Shown here: positions 52,458-64,000 of the stretch, piece by piece | Numbering within the stretch: the first letter of the stretch is position 1 | Layout of the letters: each line of letters opens with the position of its first letter | Assembly (NCBI GenBank): GCA_951406725.2 | Contig: OX597815.1 | Span: forward strand, 203,422,001 to 203,486,000 | Reading direction: 5' to 3' | Source: Octopus vulgaris | Taxonomy: Eukaryota | Length of the DNA stretch: 64,000 nt | Position numbers and translations under genes: made by a program | Notes under the pieces: generated by a model | What the model was told of the DNA's origin: nothing | Database searches by the model: none | What the model saw: the letters and a program-made list of their open reading frames with translations, nothing else

Positions 52458-54002
52458 TTATTTTGAGAACATAATCCACTAATACTAAATGGGTTGTTTA
52501 GCGGGTGTTTTACATTTAAACCTTCTCTGCTTTATTCTTCCATCATACTGCCAACAGTGAAAGTACGTAAATTTTCTTTCTTCTATCACACATATAAAAC
52601 ATTTGTATCCTTACTACTAGCTCCGTGAGAAACAAACAACATAAAATATGTAGATATTTCTAATAATTCTAGCTTCAATGGAAATTTCTTTTCAAGAAAA
52701 TTCCAGTAATTAGTTCACCAGTTGTATGTAAAATACATCAAAAATTTTATCTCTTCACTTGATATACCACCCTTCTTTGGCATTTACAATCAATCTTTCA
52801 TTAGAGTGATTCTCCACTCCTCTGCTTTTTATATAGTTAATACAATGGTATACTCCTTCGAACTATAGTTCCCTTACACGAGGTATATTCAATGCACATT
52901 ATCCCACCATCCCTATAATATTTTACTGTCTGACACCCACAATACCTTTTATTAAACATTTCACTTAATACTTGCTTCCTAGAACTCTAACCATGCCTAT
53001 TTATCATAAAGCATCTGCAAGAATTCTAAGTGGATTGGAGTTCCAGATCATTACCCACAGGAGGAACGAAATGGCCCACTGTAGTACAAGTATGTGAGTT
53101 GATAAAACAATCATGGAAAAATATAAGAATTGCAATGACTGTCAAGCTTTTTTAAGAAGTGTAGAATTAACAATACCCCTGACAGCACTAAAGATGATAC
53201 TTTACAGGGTGTTCAGGTTAAATTTGACAGTTTTTTTTTATGTCTCCTTTTCCAGGAACAGCTAGAGGCAATCGGATGGAGGATGCCCAAGATCCTAGAA
53301 GACACACACACAGACAGAACAGATTTTATATAATAGATGAAGAATTCTCTGGTTTTGAAGATAGCTAGAGATTTTGTTAAAGAAATTAATGTTTGTATCC
53401 TGATTTCATACAGTAATTTTGTTTATGTTCAACTGGTAACTTGCTTTTCATATACAATAATGTTTGTTATAGCTAAGGTGTTTTTGCTTTCTCTTGCAAT
53501 ATAAGCTGCTCATGCAGGCTATTTTAACTACTGTGATTGCCTACGTTATATTCAACAGCAGTGATAACTTTTTTTTTATGTATGCTACTTTGTTCTGTTA
53601 AAGCAAAGCTACTACTATTTTCTTTCATTAACTCTTTAGCATCGAGATGATTCAGTAAAATGTAACGTATACTTATTCACATCATTTTGAATTAATCATG
53701 CATTATCTTGTGGCTTTGAGATTTTCATAAAGTGATTGCTTATTTTTAGAAAGACATTGTAGGGTAGGTGTGAGAGGGCAGAGTTGGTGGTTTGAACAAA
53801 AAGAATATTTAAGCCAGATATGGCTGATTTGAATGCTAAAGGGTTAAATTACAGTATTATTAAAATGACCCCACTATTCTAATTTTACTGTTGTTCAATC
53901 CTTTCTATAATACATATCTCAAACATTAAATACTTGATTTATTTTGTTTATATATATGATTTTTTTCCCTCTGTCTTCCCTTCTCTGGATCTTTCCTTCT
54001 AT

Positions 54003-54037
54003 GTTTCCGACGAAGAGCTCCGCTTGAAACGTTAAAC
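54003..54037 (+). ncRNA. type I minimal hammerhead ribozyme-like motif within a ~190-bp insert bounded by (TA)n
   Basis: GTTT-CCGACGA-A-GAGC tcc GCTT-GAAA-CG-TT-AAAC: stem I GTTT/AAAC, palindromic ACGT stem III, GUH site. Confidence 0.65.
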
Positions 54038-54493
54038 CCTCCTTCTTTCCTGAGCGTCCAATAATACTATATTTGTTCCACGCCCTCGCATTGTTGTGAT
54101 TTTATGTGCTTTCTTGTTCGGATTAACTATATATATATATATATTCCCTCCTAAACTGGGAGTACATTTTACATGTCCATGTGCCTTATATGTCATCAAA
54201 TATAGTGATAAATAAAGGGATTCCACCAGCAGCTCAAAAATGAATGAATAAATGAATATAAATGAAATCATTCCCAGCCAAAGAATACAGAAATAGTAAT
54301 GAAATATGAGAACGGTTTATAAAAATTGGATAAACAAGCGTTGCAGGTTGATGAGCAGATAATTAACAGAACTAAAATAAACATGGAACAGATTGAGACA
54401 AATGAAACTTAACCGAATGACTTGCTGGGTGAGCAAGAGATTGCAACCACAGAGGAAATATTAAAAATAAAGAGAAAAAAAAGTTGATCATAG

Positions 54494-54879
54494 AGAAGCA
54501 GGAGTGGCTGTGTGGTAAGTAGCTTGCTTACCAACCACATGGTTCCTGGTTCAGTCCCACTGCGTGGCATCTTGGGCAAGTGTCTTCTGCTATAGCCCCG
54601 GGCCGACCAATGCCTTGTGAGTGGATTTGGTAGACGGAAACTGAAAGAAGCCTGTCGTATATATATATATATGTGTGTGTGTTTGTGTGTCTGTCCCCCT
54701 AGCATTGCTTGACAACCGATGCTGGTGTGTTTACGTCCCCGTCACTTAGCAGTTCGGCAAAAGAGACCAATAGAATAAGTACTGGGCTTACAAAGAATAA
54801 GTCCCGGGGTCGATTTGCTCGACTAAAGGCGGTGCTCCAGCATGGCCGCAGTCAAATGACTGAAACAAGTAAAGAAAGA
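54494..54879 (+). mobile_element. SINE family A, full length
   Basis: Matches the other family A copies. Confidence 0.9.
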
Positions 54880-54962
54880 AAAAACAAAAAGCAAATTTTT
54901 TTTACTTAGCAACATAGGAGAAAATATAAAGAAAAAAAATGAATATTATTGCTTTATTTCAC

Positions 54963-55076
54963 CTGCGTAACTAAAGGTTCTAATGTTTTTTCCACTGACT
55001 TTGTTCGAATATCTAAATTCCTGGGATTCCATTTCAGGTGAATTGAACCAGGAATACCAGTTGGACTGGTTGTCAT
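54963..55076 (-). CDS. CTNNA: alpha-catenin first coding exon (114 nt CDS plus 21 nt 5'UTR to 55097): MTTSPTGIPGSIHLKWNPRNLDIRTKSVEKTLEPLVTQ
   Basis: ACCATG start context, upstream pyrimidine-rich TTTTCAG acceptor at 55098-55104, and CAG|GTGAA donor. Confidence 0.94.
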
Positions 55077-56494
55077 GGTGATTGGGGGTAAGTGGAACTG
55101 AAAAGAGAAAAGAAAATACGATGATATTAGACATCTGTTGGAGCAAGACAGGTTATACTCACACACTACACAAATCTGAATAAATATAAAAAATGTATTT
55201 ACATATGAGATGTATACTAAGAGAAAGTGGTGATATTTTCAATGCTTTGATGGTGTAGGGTAATGAAATGTCAGTAGAAATGTTTTTGCCACCCGGAGGC
55301 CTAGTAAGGCATTTAGTACTTTGTCTAAGAAAGTGATGTGGATGCAGATATGGCTGTGTGATGAAGTATTTCACTGTACAGCAATACGGCTTCAAGTTCA
55401 ATCTCACTAAGCAGCACTTGTTCAAGTGCCTCTAACCATAGTATCATAAGAGAAAGTGGTGATATTTTCAATGTTTTGATGGTGTAGGGCAATGTCAGTA
55501 GAAATGTTTTTGCTATACAGTCTGTTATGAGTTAGAGCAGATTCAAAAGACTTCATACCTACATGGTTTCTCATCATCATCATCGTTTAACCCTTTAGTG
55601 TTCAGATTATTCTGTCAAATGTGATGTTTGTTTATTTAAAATGGTTTGAATTAATCCTGTATTTTCTTGTAGTTTAGAGATTGCAGTGATCTGATTTTTT
55701 TAGTTTTAGAATGACATGGAAGGGCTGAGGTGAGAGGCGAGCTCTAGTCAGTTTCAATATAAAACAGGTTAAATATTTTGGCCGGATATGGCCAGTTTGA
55801 ATGCTAAAGGGTTAACGTCCGTTTTCCATGCTAGCATGGGTTGGACAGTTCAACTGGGGTCTGGGAAGCCAGTAGGCTGCGCCAGGCCCAATCTGATCTG
55901 GCAGTGTTTCTACAGCTGGATGCCCTTCCTAACGCCAACCACTCTGTGAGTGTAGTGGGTGCTTTTTACATGCCACCTGCACAGGTGCCAGACGAGGCTG
56001 GCAAATGGCCACAATCGGATGGTGCTTTTTACGTGCCACCGGCACAGGGGCCAGACGAGGCTGGCAACCTCTTAAAAATAAAATCTTCCTGAAATTGCAC
56101 AAGTTTTTGCTTTTATATCTTTAATTGTTTAATTTGAATGGGAAGGGAAGTGAAGCAGTATCCATACTCTTTTCAGTGCTTCTGAAACTGGAAGAGATTG
56201 GGGGAAGGACTGTATCCTCAAACCACATCAGAAGGATATGGAAAGAAAAAGCTAAATGCTTATGTATAAGCTACCACCCAGAGGCCTAATAAGACATTTC
56301 GTACTTTGTCTAGCAAAGTGATGTGGGTGCAGATATGGCTGTGTGGTGAAGAATTTTACATTGCAGCTTGGGGCTCAAGTGCCTCTGACCATAGTACCAA
56401 ATCAACTAAATCCTAAACATATTATTGAGCCTGTGGCCAAGCTTTAATGAGCAGAAGCTGCCAAAGGCATTCCAGCTGTGACCACCCTACATTA

Positions 56495-57674
56495 TCTCTT
56501 ATTATAAAAGGCAGATTTTATCTGCCTCCCTTTGGGAGTTATACAAATCTACAATATAGGATTTCTTCAATTACAATTTACCTAGCATTTTTAAGAGTAC
56601 AATGCATCGCGTCATGCCAGGTCCAGTTTTTAAAATTTAAACTCCAATTAAGCAAAATTTACAGAAAACTCACATTCTGGTGTGTGTGTCAAATGCTTTT
56701 CTTAGTCTGGTTTACACCACACGCAAACGCACACACACAGTGTGCGACGAATAAAATGAAAGTAAATGTAATATTTGTTTCTGTCTATCACGCTGATAGA
56801 TACATGAGTAAAATGTATGGGAAGCTAACAGATAACAGTGAGTGAAAATGTTCTTGGAAGAGAGTAAATTAGCGACAGAGTGATTTGAGCAAGACTAAAC
56901 TGAAAGTATGAAACAGTGTTTATGTATAAACAGACGACACTTATATAAACCCTTTCGTTACCAAACCGCCCGAATTTACCTATTCATATTTAAATGAGAA
57001 TATCAGAGTAAATCTCTTTAGTACATTCGTGAAAACACGTATTATACTTCGTAAACACTTCAAATACACTTTTGTACAAAAATCGAAGTGTAATTTTAAT
57101 TCCGTGAATTATGGGAGATTTTTTTTCCGAAATTTGTTCCTATTGTGTTTTCAAAATTTGTAATTCTGACAAAAAATGGATACGAATTTCATTATATCAA
57201 GCAGCGAGTCAGAATTCGAAGGATTTTCTACTGAAGACCTTCATAAATCTAACTCTATGACTGAAAAAAAAAAAAGCATCTTTATATAAGAGTGAAGTTG
57301 TGTGTCTGTCCCCTTCGATTTAGATTCGTAACTACTCCCACATTTTGCCGTGCAGTTTAACCAAAAGCGGGTATCTTATAGTCGTGATTCATATCGAGCC
57401 CTTCTGGGTATTAGCGCGCGTCTACGATGAGTCTACGATTTAAAAAAAATTTACCATCATATTTTTCCATTTTAATGCATTTTTTTCGCTTTTATATAAG
57501 GGAAGTAACTCTCTAAAAATATCTACGATGTGTCAACGATTTAAAAAAAAAATTTACCTTAATTTTTTTTCAATTTTTAATGCATTTTTTTGCTATTTTT
57601 TGGCTATAACTCTCTAAAAATGCTTATATAGTTATTTCCCTTACAACCCGAGCAACGCCGGGCGATACTGCTAG
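56495..57674 (+). mobile_element. composite non-autonomous Helitron (second TC start at 57279)
   Basis: A|TCTCTTATTATAAAAG start, internal A|TCTTTATATAAG start, and a single hairpin+CTAG|T end. Confidence 0.72.
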
Positions 57675-58046
57675 TAGAGAATATATAAAAAACCATTATC
57701 TCATGTATCATTCTGTTTTTATAGTTTTCCTAAATTCAATAGGATGCAATTTGAGAGGGATTTGGGAAGTATTTCTAGCAAGTCATGCAACTGCATAGAG
57801 AGTCCTATGATGGCTTGTTCAAGTAATAGTAGCAGCTTAGAGGCTTCCTCAGAAGTTTTTCAACTAGCTAGAAGTATCAACTACATCCCTAAATCTCTTT
57901 CAAAAACAAATACCTCCCACCACAGAAAGCAAAAAAAAAAATGCACATTGGACAAGTTTAGCCACACCTTGAAATAAGTCTAGTTCAGTGGTTCTCAACC
58001 AGGGTCCATATGGCTCGGGGGAGGGGTGGGGGGTCCATAACAGATT

Positions 58047-58246
58047 ACTCTTGTTTCAGTCATTTGACTGTGGCCATGCTGGAGCACCACCTTTAGTTGA
58101 GCAAATCAACCCCAGGACTTTTTCTTTGGAAGCCTAGTAATTATTCTATTGGTCTCTTTTGCCGAACCGCTAAGTTACAGGGACGTAAACACACCATCAT
58201 CGGTTGTCAAGCGATGTTGAGGGGACAGACACAAACATACACACAC

Positions 58247-58281
<35 letters not shown>

Positions 58282-58441
58282 ACGAGCTTCTTTCAGTTTC
58301 CGTCTACCAAATCCACTCACAAGGCTTTGGTTGGCCTGAGGCTATAGAAGACACTTGCCCAAGGTTCCACGCAGTGGGACTGAACCCGGAACCATGTGGT
58401 TGGGAAGCAAGCTACTTGCCACACAGCCACTCCTATGCCTA
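58047..58441 (-). mobile_element. SINE family A immediately downstream of the U6 copy
   Basis: Full-length copy whose head abuts the U6 oligo-T. Confidence 0.9.
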
Positions 58442-58442
58442 G

Positions 58443-58544
58443 AAAAAATATGGAATGCTTCATGAATTTCTGTGTCATCCTTATGCAGGGGCCATGCTAA
58501 TCTTCTCTGTATCGTTCTAATTTTAGAATATGTAACGCCATAGC
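58443..58544 (-). pseudogene. near full-length U6 snRNA retrocopy
   Basis: Reverse complement ACATATTCTAAAATTAGAACGATACAGAGAAGATTAGCATGGCCCCTGCATAAGGATGACACAGAAATTCATGAAGCATTCCATATTTTTT. ACAGAGA box and AGC triad intact; about 8 substitutions against the canonical U6 as I recall it; extreme 5' end missing; no promoter context. Confidence 0.93.
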
Positions 58545-59000
58545 TGTTAAAATTTGTGCAATAAATTAGTTATATTTATGCACAATAAAATGGATATAAC
58601 AATACACAAAATATGGCAATTTTTTAAACAATTCTTAATATTTAATTATAAAAATACACCAAGATTTTTTTTTATATATACAGTGAATGACCATAAAGTA
58701 AAATTGGAATCAAAGGGGTCCAAAGGCAAAAAAATTATTGAGAACCACTGGTCTAGTTGATCAAAGCTGACAAATGCTAGAGGCTTCACCATCCCTATCT
58801 GGTCTTCAAGTACCTTTAACAGAGTTCATTCTGTTACAGGTTCTTAGATCATGTCTCTGGTCTAAGGAACTCAATACCTTGATGTACTGCTTCCGACTGC
58901 AATACACCATCAGCCCCTTGCTTCCTCCAAACTTTCCTTGTGTCAATCTCAGAGTACCTACAAAAGTCATGGGCCACTGTCCTCCTCTGAGTAAAGGGGA

Positions 59001-59303
59001 ACCTTGGGCAAGTGTCTTCTATAGCCTTGGGCCAACCAAAGCCTTGTGAGTGGATTTGGTAAATGGAAACTGAAAGAAGTACGTTGTGTATATATATTGT
59101 GTGTGTGTGTGTGTGTGTATGTTTGTGTCTGTCCACTCAACATCGCTTGACAACCGATGCTGGTGTGTTTACGTCTCCGTAACTTAGCGGTTCGGCAAAA
59201 GAGACTGATAGAATAAGTACTAGGCTTCCAAAGAATAAGTCCTGGGGTGGATTTGCTCGACTAAAGGTGGTGCTCCAGCATGGCCACAGTCAAATGACTG
59301 AAG
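59001..59303 (+). mobile_element. 5'-truncated SINE family A
   Basis: Runs from ACCTTGGGCAAGT to the tail. Confidence 0.85.
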
Positions 59304-59629
59304 TACAAACAAGCAACCCCATGCAGGTCTCTCTCTCTCTCTCTAAAATTCTGACACTGGTTACCCATTTACCACCACCAACTGCCATAAATTTGCAACA
59401 ATTCAAAAGGAAATATCACATTAACTACAGCAGCCTTATCATTCCTTTCCACCATCATACCAACAGGACCAGGAGGAAAAAGGAAAAAAAAAACAAAAGC
59501 AGCAATATGCACAATCATTTGATCTATTAACTGTTCAGTGATTTTGTGTGTGAATAAAATCACTGATGCATAAAGACAGCTATGATAATTATGTGGCTTT
59601 ATTTAAATACATTGTTTCTATTTATATAA

Positions 59630-60028
59630 CTAGCAGTATCGCCCGGTGTTGCTCGGGTTTGTAAGGGAAATAACTATATAAGCATTTTTAGAGAGTTATA
59701 GCCAAAAAATAGCAAAAAAATGCATTAAAAATGGAAAAAAAATTATGGTAAATTTTTTTTTTAATCGTTGACTCATCGTAGACATTTTTTAGAGAGTTAC
59801 TTCCCTTATATAATAGCGAAAAAATGCATTAAAATGGGAAAAAATGATGGTAAATCTTTTTTAAAATCGTAGACTCATCGTAGATGCGCGCTAATACCCT
59901 GAAGGGCTCGATATGAATCACGACTATAAGATACCCGGTTTTGGTTAAACTGCACCGCAAAATGTGGGAGTAGTTAGGAATCTAAATCGTAGGAGACAGA
60001 CACACAACTTCACTTTTATGTATAAAGA
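59630..60028 (-). mobile_element. non-autonomous Helitron
   Basis: TC...hairpin-CTAG inserted between A and T; near-identical to 57279-57674. Confidence 0.85.
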
Positions 60029-60056
60029 TTTCTGCAATAGGCTGGCATGCATGCAT

Positions 60057-60059
60057 ATG

Positions 60060-60137
<78 letters not shown>

Positions 60138-60141
60138 TGCG
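60057..60141. repeat. (GT)n/(GCGT)n microsatellite; other simple repeats at 6217-6252 (GA), 13100-13192 (TA) and 22414-22471 (TA/TG)
   Basis: Visible directly. Confidence 0.95.
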
Positions 60142-62896
60142 CACTTTGTGCATATGTGATGGAACAGGAGTTGTCATGAGAGCTAAATTAGGAAATACTA
60201 AACGGGATCTGTGAAGGCTCATCTTTGCTAGCCGCTGTGGCCCATATTCTGATTAAAGGGGATACAATGGGAAATGCTGTGACATTTCCTCTCTGTTAAA
60301 GCTTTATTATAATAGATAAGTGTCTGTAAATGACTACCATCATCAACATCAGAACCTATCATCATCTTTATCACTGGACACTTCATCTCACAGCATCTTT
60401 TGTCATATGTACAATAATTGCCAACTCCCACTCCACTTACCCACATCATCTGTGGCTGACACCTACACTACAACTACCTCTCGCCCCTAACATCTCCATC
60501 CCCTGTCCACCATTACCTTCACCATGACCTCCACCAACCTCATCACTATAGCTGACACCATTTCAACATCACCATCATCCCCTCTATCATCAGTACAGAC
60601 ACCATCATTATACTCCATTATCACCACCACCACCACTAACAAATCTTTTCACTCATCCCACTCACCTAAGCCAATCATCAATACTTTTGACTGCTCATCA
60701 CAAATATTTTCTATCACTGCAACCTATATGAACAAATTAGAAGCCAGTGAAGAGTGTTGTGTGGTTACTTGACATGCTTGATATAGCAGTCAAATCACTT
60801 TCAAGTAACTTTCCACCATCTTAGAAAATAACATTAAATAATGCAGGCTTAGGTTCCATGAACATAGCAAAAGTTGATGAAAATAGGAAGCTTGAGGATT
60901 TTCACGTCATATGGAACAAACTGCCGGCATCAGTTGTTAGTTGTCGGAGCACTGCATCCTTCAAAACTTCCATGCTTTCTGAGATTCACCAACACTACAC
61001 CTGATTTTCTCCCTCCTTACACACACAAGCATATATCTGACTCATACATTGTTTGCTTTCCAGACATTTTTACATTACTGCATGTACTTTATATGCACTT
61101 TCTAACAAGTTGTGGTGCACCTGAGCACTGTATACAATAATTTCATTATTATTATTATTATACGTAATCAAAGCTTTTGTTGATATCAAAAGAAATCACT
61201 GTTTTCAAAGTTCTCACACAGCACAGGCAGAATCAAAGAAGACTGCCCTTGGAGAGGTGATACATTGTAGATTTTTACAATTTCAGGTAGCTATCTCTAC
61301 AGGAAAAAATGTTGGAAGAGTTCAGAAAAATAAGTCTCAAAAGCACAGTTTAAGAATAGACGCTTGAAAATATTTCACAGACCAGTTGCTTTGTTCAGCT
61401 ATAAAGTATATAGAAACTACTACATATGCAAGAAAGATAGATTGGAAGCAAAACAGACATTGGCAAAGGAAACTCTCAGAAATAGCGATCTATGTATTAT
61501 ACTTAAAGCAGATACATCATTGAAAGCTTTATAAACTAGTATTTGTCCCAAGACAGCATTTCATAGACATATAGTGGTAAAAAACACATATATATTAGAA
61601 GAAAAAAATTGTCCGGTAGTAGTGGTGACATTACTATATGTGCATTTCCACCTCTGAGCTTTGTCAAAAGCCAGTAAGTATCCACTGGCAACTACACATT
61701 AAGACAAAATCAACCACTACTGATAAAAATTTTTTAGAAAAAATTTTTTAAAAATAAATAAAAATAAATCACTGATTTCAAGTTAGATTAGATCAGTTTA
61801 TGTCAGCACTGTACAAATGTTTTATTATTATTATTATTACTATTATTATAAGATACAACTGAAAGTTCCCATTTTATGCTTGGCAGTGTAGTTAAGAAGT
61901 TCAATCAAGTTTTCTCCCATTAATCAATAACTGGAATAAGACAACCAAAGCCTTGTGATTGAAATTTGTAAGATACTGTGGATTTTGTTGTCTTTAACAA
62001 AGTTCAATTTGTTGCAGGCTTTAAAGCCAGGTTTCCAGTTTGAGAAAAACTTCCCCCACTCCTCCTTTCAGTTTTAATGGCCCTGAAGAGTCATGACCAT
62101 TGTCCCTCTTACACTGACTAAACTTCCTCCTGCCTTTTTTTTTTTTAAACTGGTTTCAGTCATTGGATTGCAGCCATGCTAGGGCAATATCTTTGAATGT
62201 TTACTTAATCAAAGCAACCCCAATATTTATTTTAAAATTTGGTACAATGGAAATTGTAGCTGTGATACCAGTGCCGGTGGCATGTAAGAGAACCATCCGA
62301 ACGTGGCCATTGCCAGCGCCGCCCCGACTGGCCTCCGTGCCAGTGGCACGTAAAAAGCACCATCCGATCGTGGCCGTTTGCCAGCCTCGTCTGGCACCTG
62401 TGCAGGTGGCATGTAAAAAGCACCCACTACACTCATGGAGTGGTTGGCGTTAGGAAGGGCATCCAGCTGTAGAAACACTGCCAGATCAGACTGGGCCTGG
62501 CACAGCCTTCTGGCTTCCCAGACCCCCAGTTGAACCGTCCAACCCATGCTAGCCTGGAAAACGGACATTAAACGATGATGATGATGCACTTTATTTCTTT
62601 CTGTCAAACTAAGTTAGATAGACATAAACCAAAACCAGTCATCAACCAGTGAGAAACAAATATAGAATGAGCTCTTGTACTGATTTTGTCTACCAAATCC
62701 ACTTGCAAATTACTGGTCAGCCTATGGCTATCATAGAAGACACTTGTCCAAGGTGCCACTCAGATGGACAGAACCCAAAACCATGTGGTTGCAAAACAAA
62801 CGTCTTAACCATACCTACTTAAAAAGTTACCAATGCTCGTTTTAAAGAGATTATCTAAAACTGAAGCTATGTTTTGCAATAGTTATATACAACATT

Positions 62897-63205
62897 GTGG
62901 AGGCGCAATGGCCTAGCGGTTAGGGCAGCGGACTCACGGTTGTAGGATCGCGGTTTCGATTCCCAGACCGGGCGTTGTGAGTTTATTGAGCGAAAACACC
63001 TAAAGCTCCACGAAGCTCCGGCAGGGGGAGGTGGCGATCCCTGCTGTACTCTTTCGCCACAACTTTCTCCCACTCTTTCTTCTGTTGGCCTGCTCGCTTA
63101 GCCAGCGGGGTGGCGTCATTTGAAGGCTAAAACAATGCAAAGCGCATTGTGACCAGCGATGTGTAGCAACATCTGATAGCCTGGTCGGTCACGGTGATCA
63201 CGGTG
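62897..63205 (+). mobile_element. tRNA-derived SINE family B, tail type 2
   Basis: Same head as 19901; 12-bp target duplication ATATACAACATT. Confidence 0.88.
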
Positions 63206-63630
63206 ATATACAACATTAGCATTTCCAATTCACAGCAATATAATCGTTTTGTTGTGGAAAACAATGGGAGAAGACAACCAGCAAATTGTGTACGAGAACG
63301 GAGATAAGAAATACGTGGTTTCCGAATCTATACTAAATGGATAAAGCATCATGTAGCACAGCACAACAGGATATAGGTTACAAAGTTACATAACACAAAT
63401 ACAAATTCTGAACTAATGTTCAAGTCTCTACATTATTAGCTGACCTGCTAGAAATAGTAACCAAATTTCCTTCCCTAAAATAACACCCTTATCTACTGAT
63501 AAAGCAGACCCAGATAGATATCCTGGGTGTAAAATGAAAGATGAGGTGATCATAACCAGAATAGATTTTATCAGAGCCCTGCTAATTGAGAGCCAGCCTG
63601 GCATTAAACAACAATATAATAAAAATATAA

Positions 63631-64000
63631 TCTTTATATATAAAAGAGAGGTTGTGTGCTGTCTGTCTCCTATGATTTAGATTCCTAATTGCTCCCACAT
63701 TTTGCGGTGCAGTTTAACCAAAACCGGGTATCTTATAGTCGTGATTCATATCGAGCCCTACGGTGAGTCTATGATTTAAAAAAAAATTACCATCAATTTT
63801 TCCCATTTTTAATGCATTTTTGGCATATATAAGGGAAGTAGCTCTCAAAAAAATTATTATTAAATCTCAGAACGTAAAAAGCTACAGTAACACTCCCCCC
63901 TTTGTGGTTAGCCATATTGAGATGGCTATTATACTTTACATCTCTAAAAATGCTTATATAGTTATTTCCCTTACAAACCCGAGCAACGCCGGGCGATACT
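63631..64000 (+). mobile_element. non-autonomous Helitron (last few nt beyond the window)
   Basis: A|TC start; 3' hairpin CCCGAGCAACGCCGGG at the window end; same subtype as 39551-39946. Confidence 0.85.

Larger units (their letters stand above)
1..55097 (-). other. CTNNA: alpha-catenin gene span (5' part; 12 coding exons; 3' end beyond the left edge; a non-coding first exon probably lies beyond the right edge)
   Basis: Exons of 114+190+167+120+90+174+204+81+153+93+157+150(partial) nt splice in frame at GT-AG sites into a vinculin/alpha-catenin family protein (KWNPRNLDIRTKSVEKTLEPLVTQ, LRKAVVDHVSDSF, DDFLAVSENHILEDVNKC). Confidence 0.97.
57986..58750. mobile_element. hAT-type MITE carrying a nested U6-SINE insert
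   Basis: Inverted termini CAGTGGTTCTCAA / TTGAGAACCACTG (13/13); 8-bp target duplication GTCTAGTT. Confidence 0.9.

Noticed and set aside
58443-58544. Functional U6 gene
   Set aside because: The 5' end is eroded, there are several substitutions, and it is embedded in a MITE with no upstream promoter context.
55100-64000. alpha-catenin promoter or first exon
   Set aside because: No identifiable promoter or exon; the region is repeat-filled and most likely intron.

Overview
AT-rich, microsatellite- and repeat-dense animal genomic DNA. The SINE/MITE repertoire suggests a coleoid cephalopod, probably Octopus (inference). The window is essentially the 5' two-thirds of one minus-strand alpha-catenin gene. 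Twelve coding exons (ATG at 55076, running off the left edge inside exon 12; 1693 nt, about 564 aa) splice in frame at canonical GT-AG sites, and their sizes closely match my recollection of vertebrate CTNNA1. The introns hold three tRNA-derived SINE families, RTE, CR1 and Penelope-like LINE remnants, non-autonomous Helitrons, hAT and piggyBac-like MITEs and a Tc1 remnant. The most unusual signals are: two independent U6 snRNA/retroelement chimeras, both joined after six T residues; minimal hammerhead-ribozyme motifs, one lying in the pre-mRNA sense strand with a broken cleavage site; several long fold-back hairpins; a 110-bp duplication flanking a SINE; and a candidate 36-nt in-frame cassette exon in the large intron that hosts LRRTM genes in vertebrates. 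All alignments were made by eye and no database searches were run.
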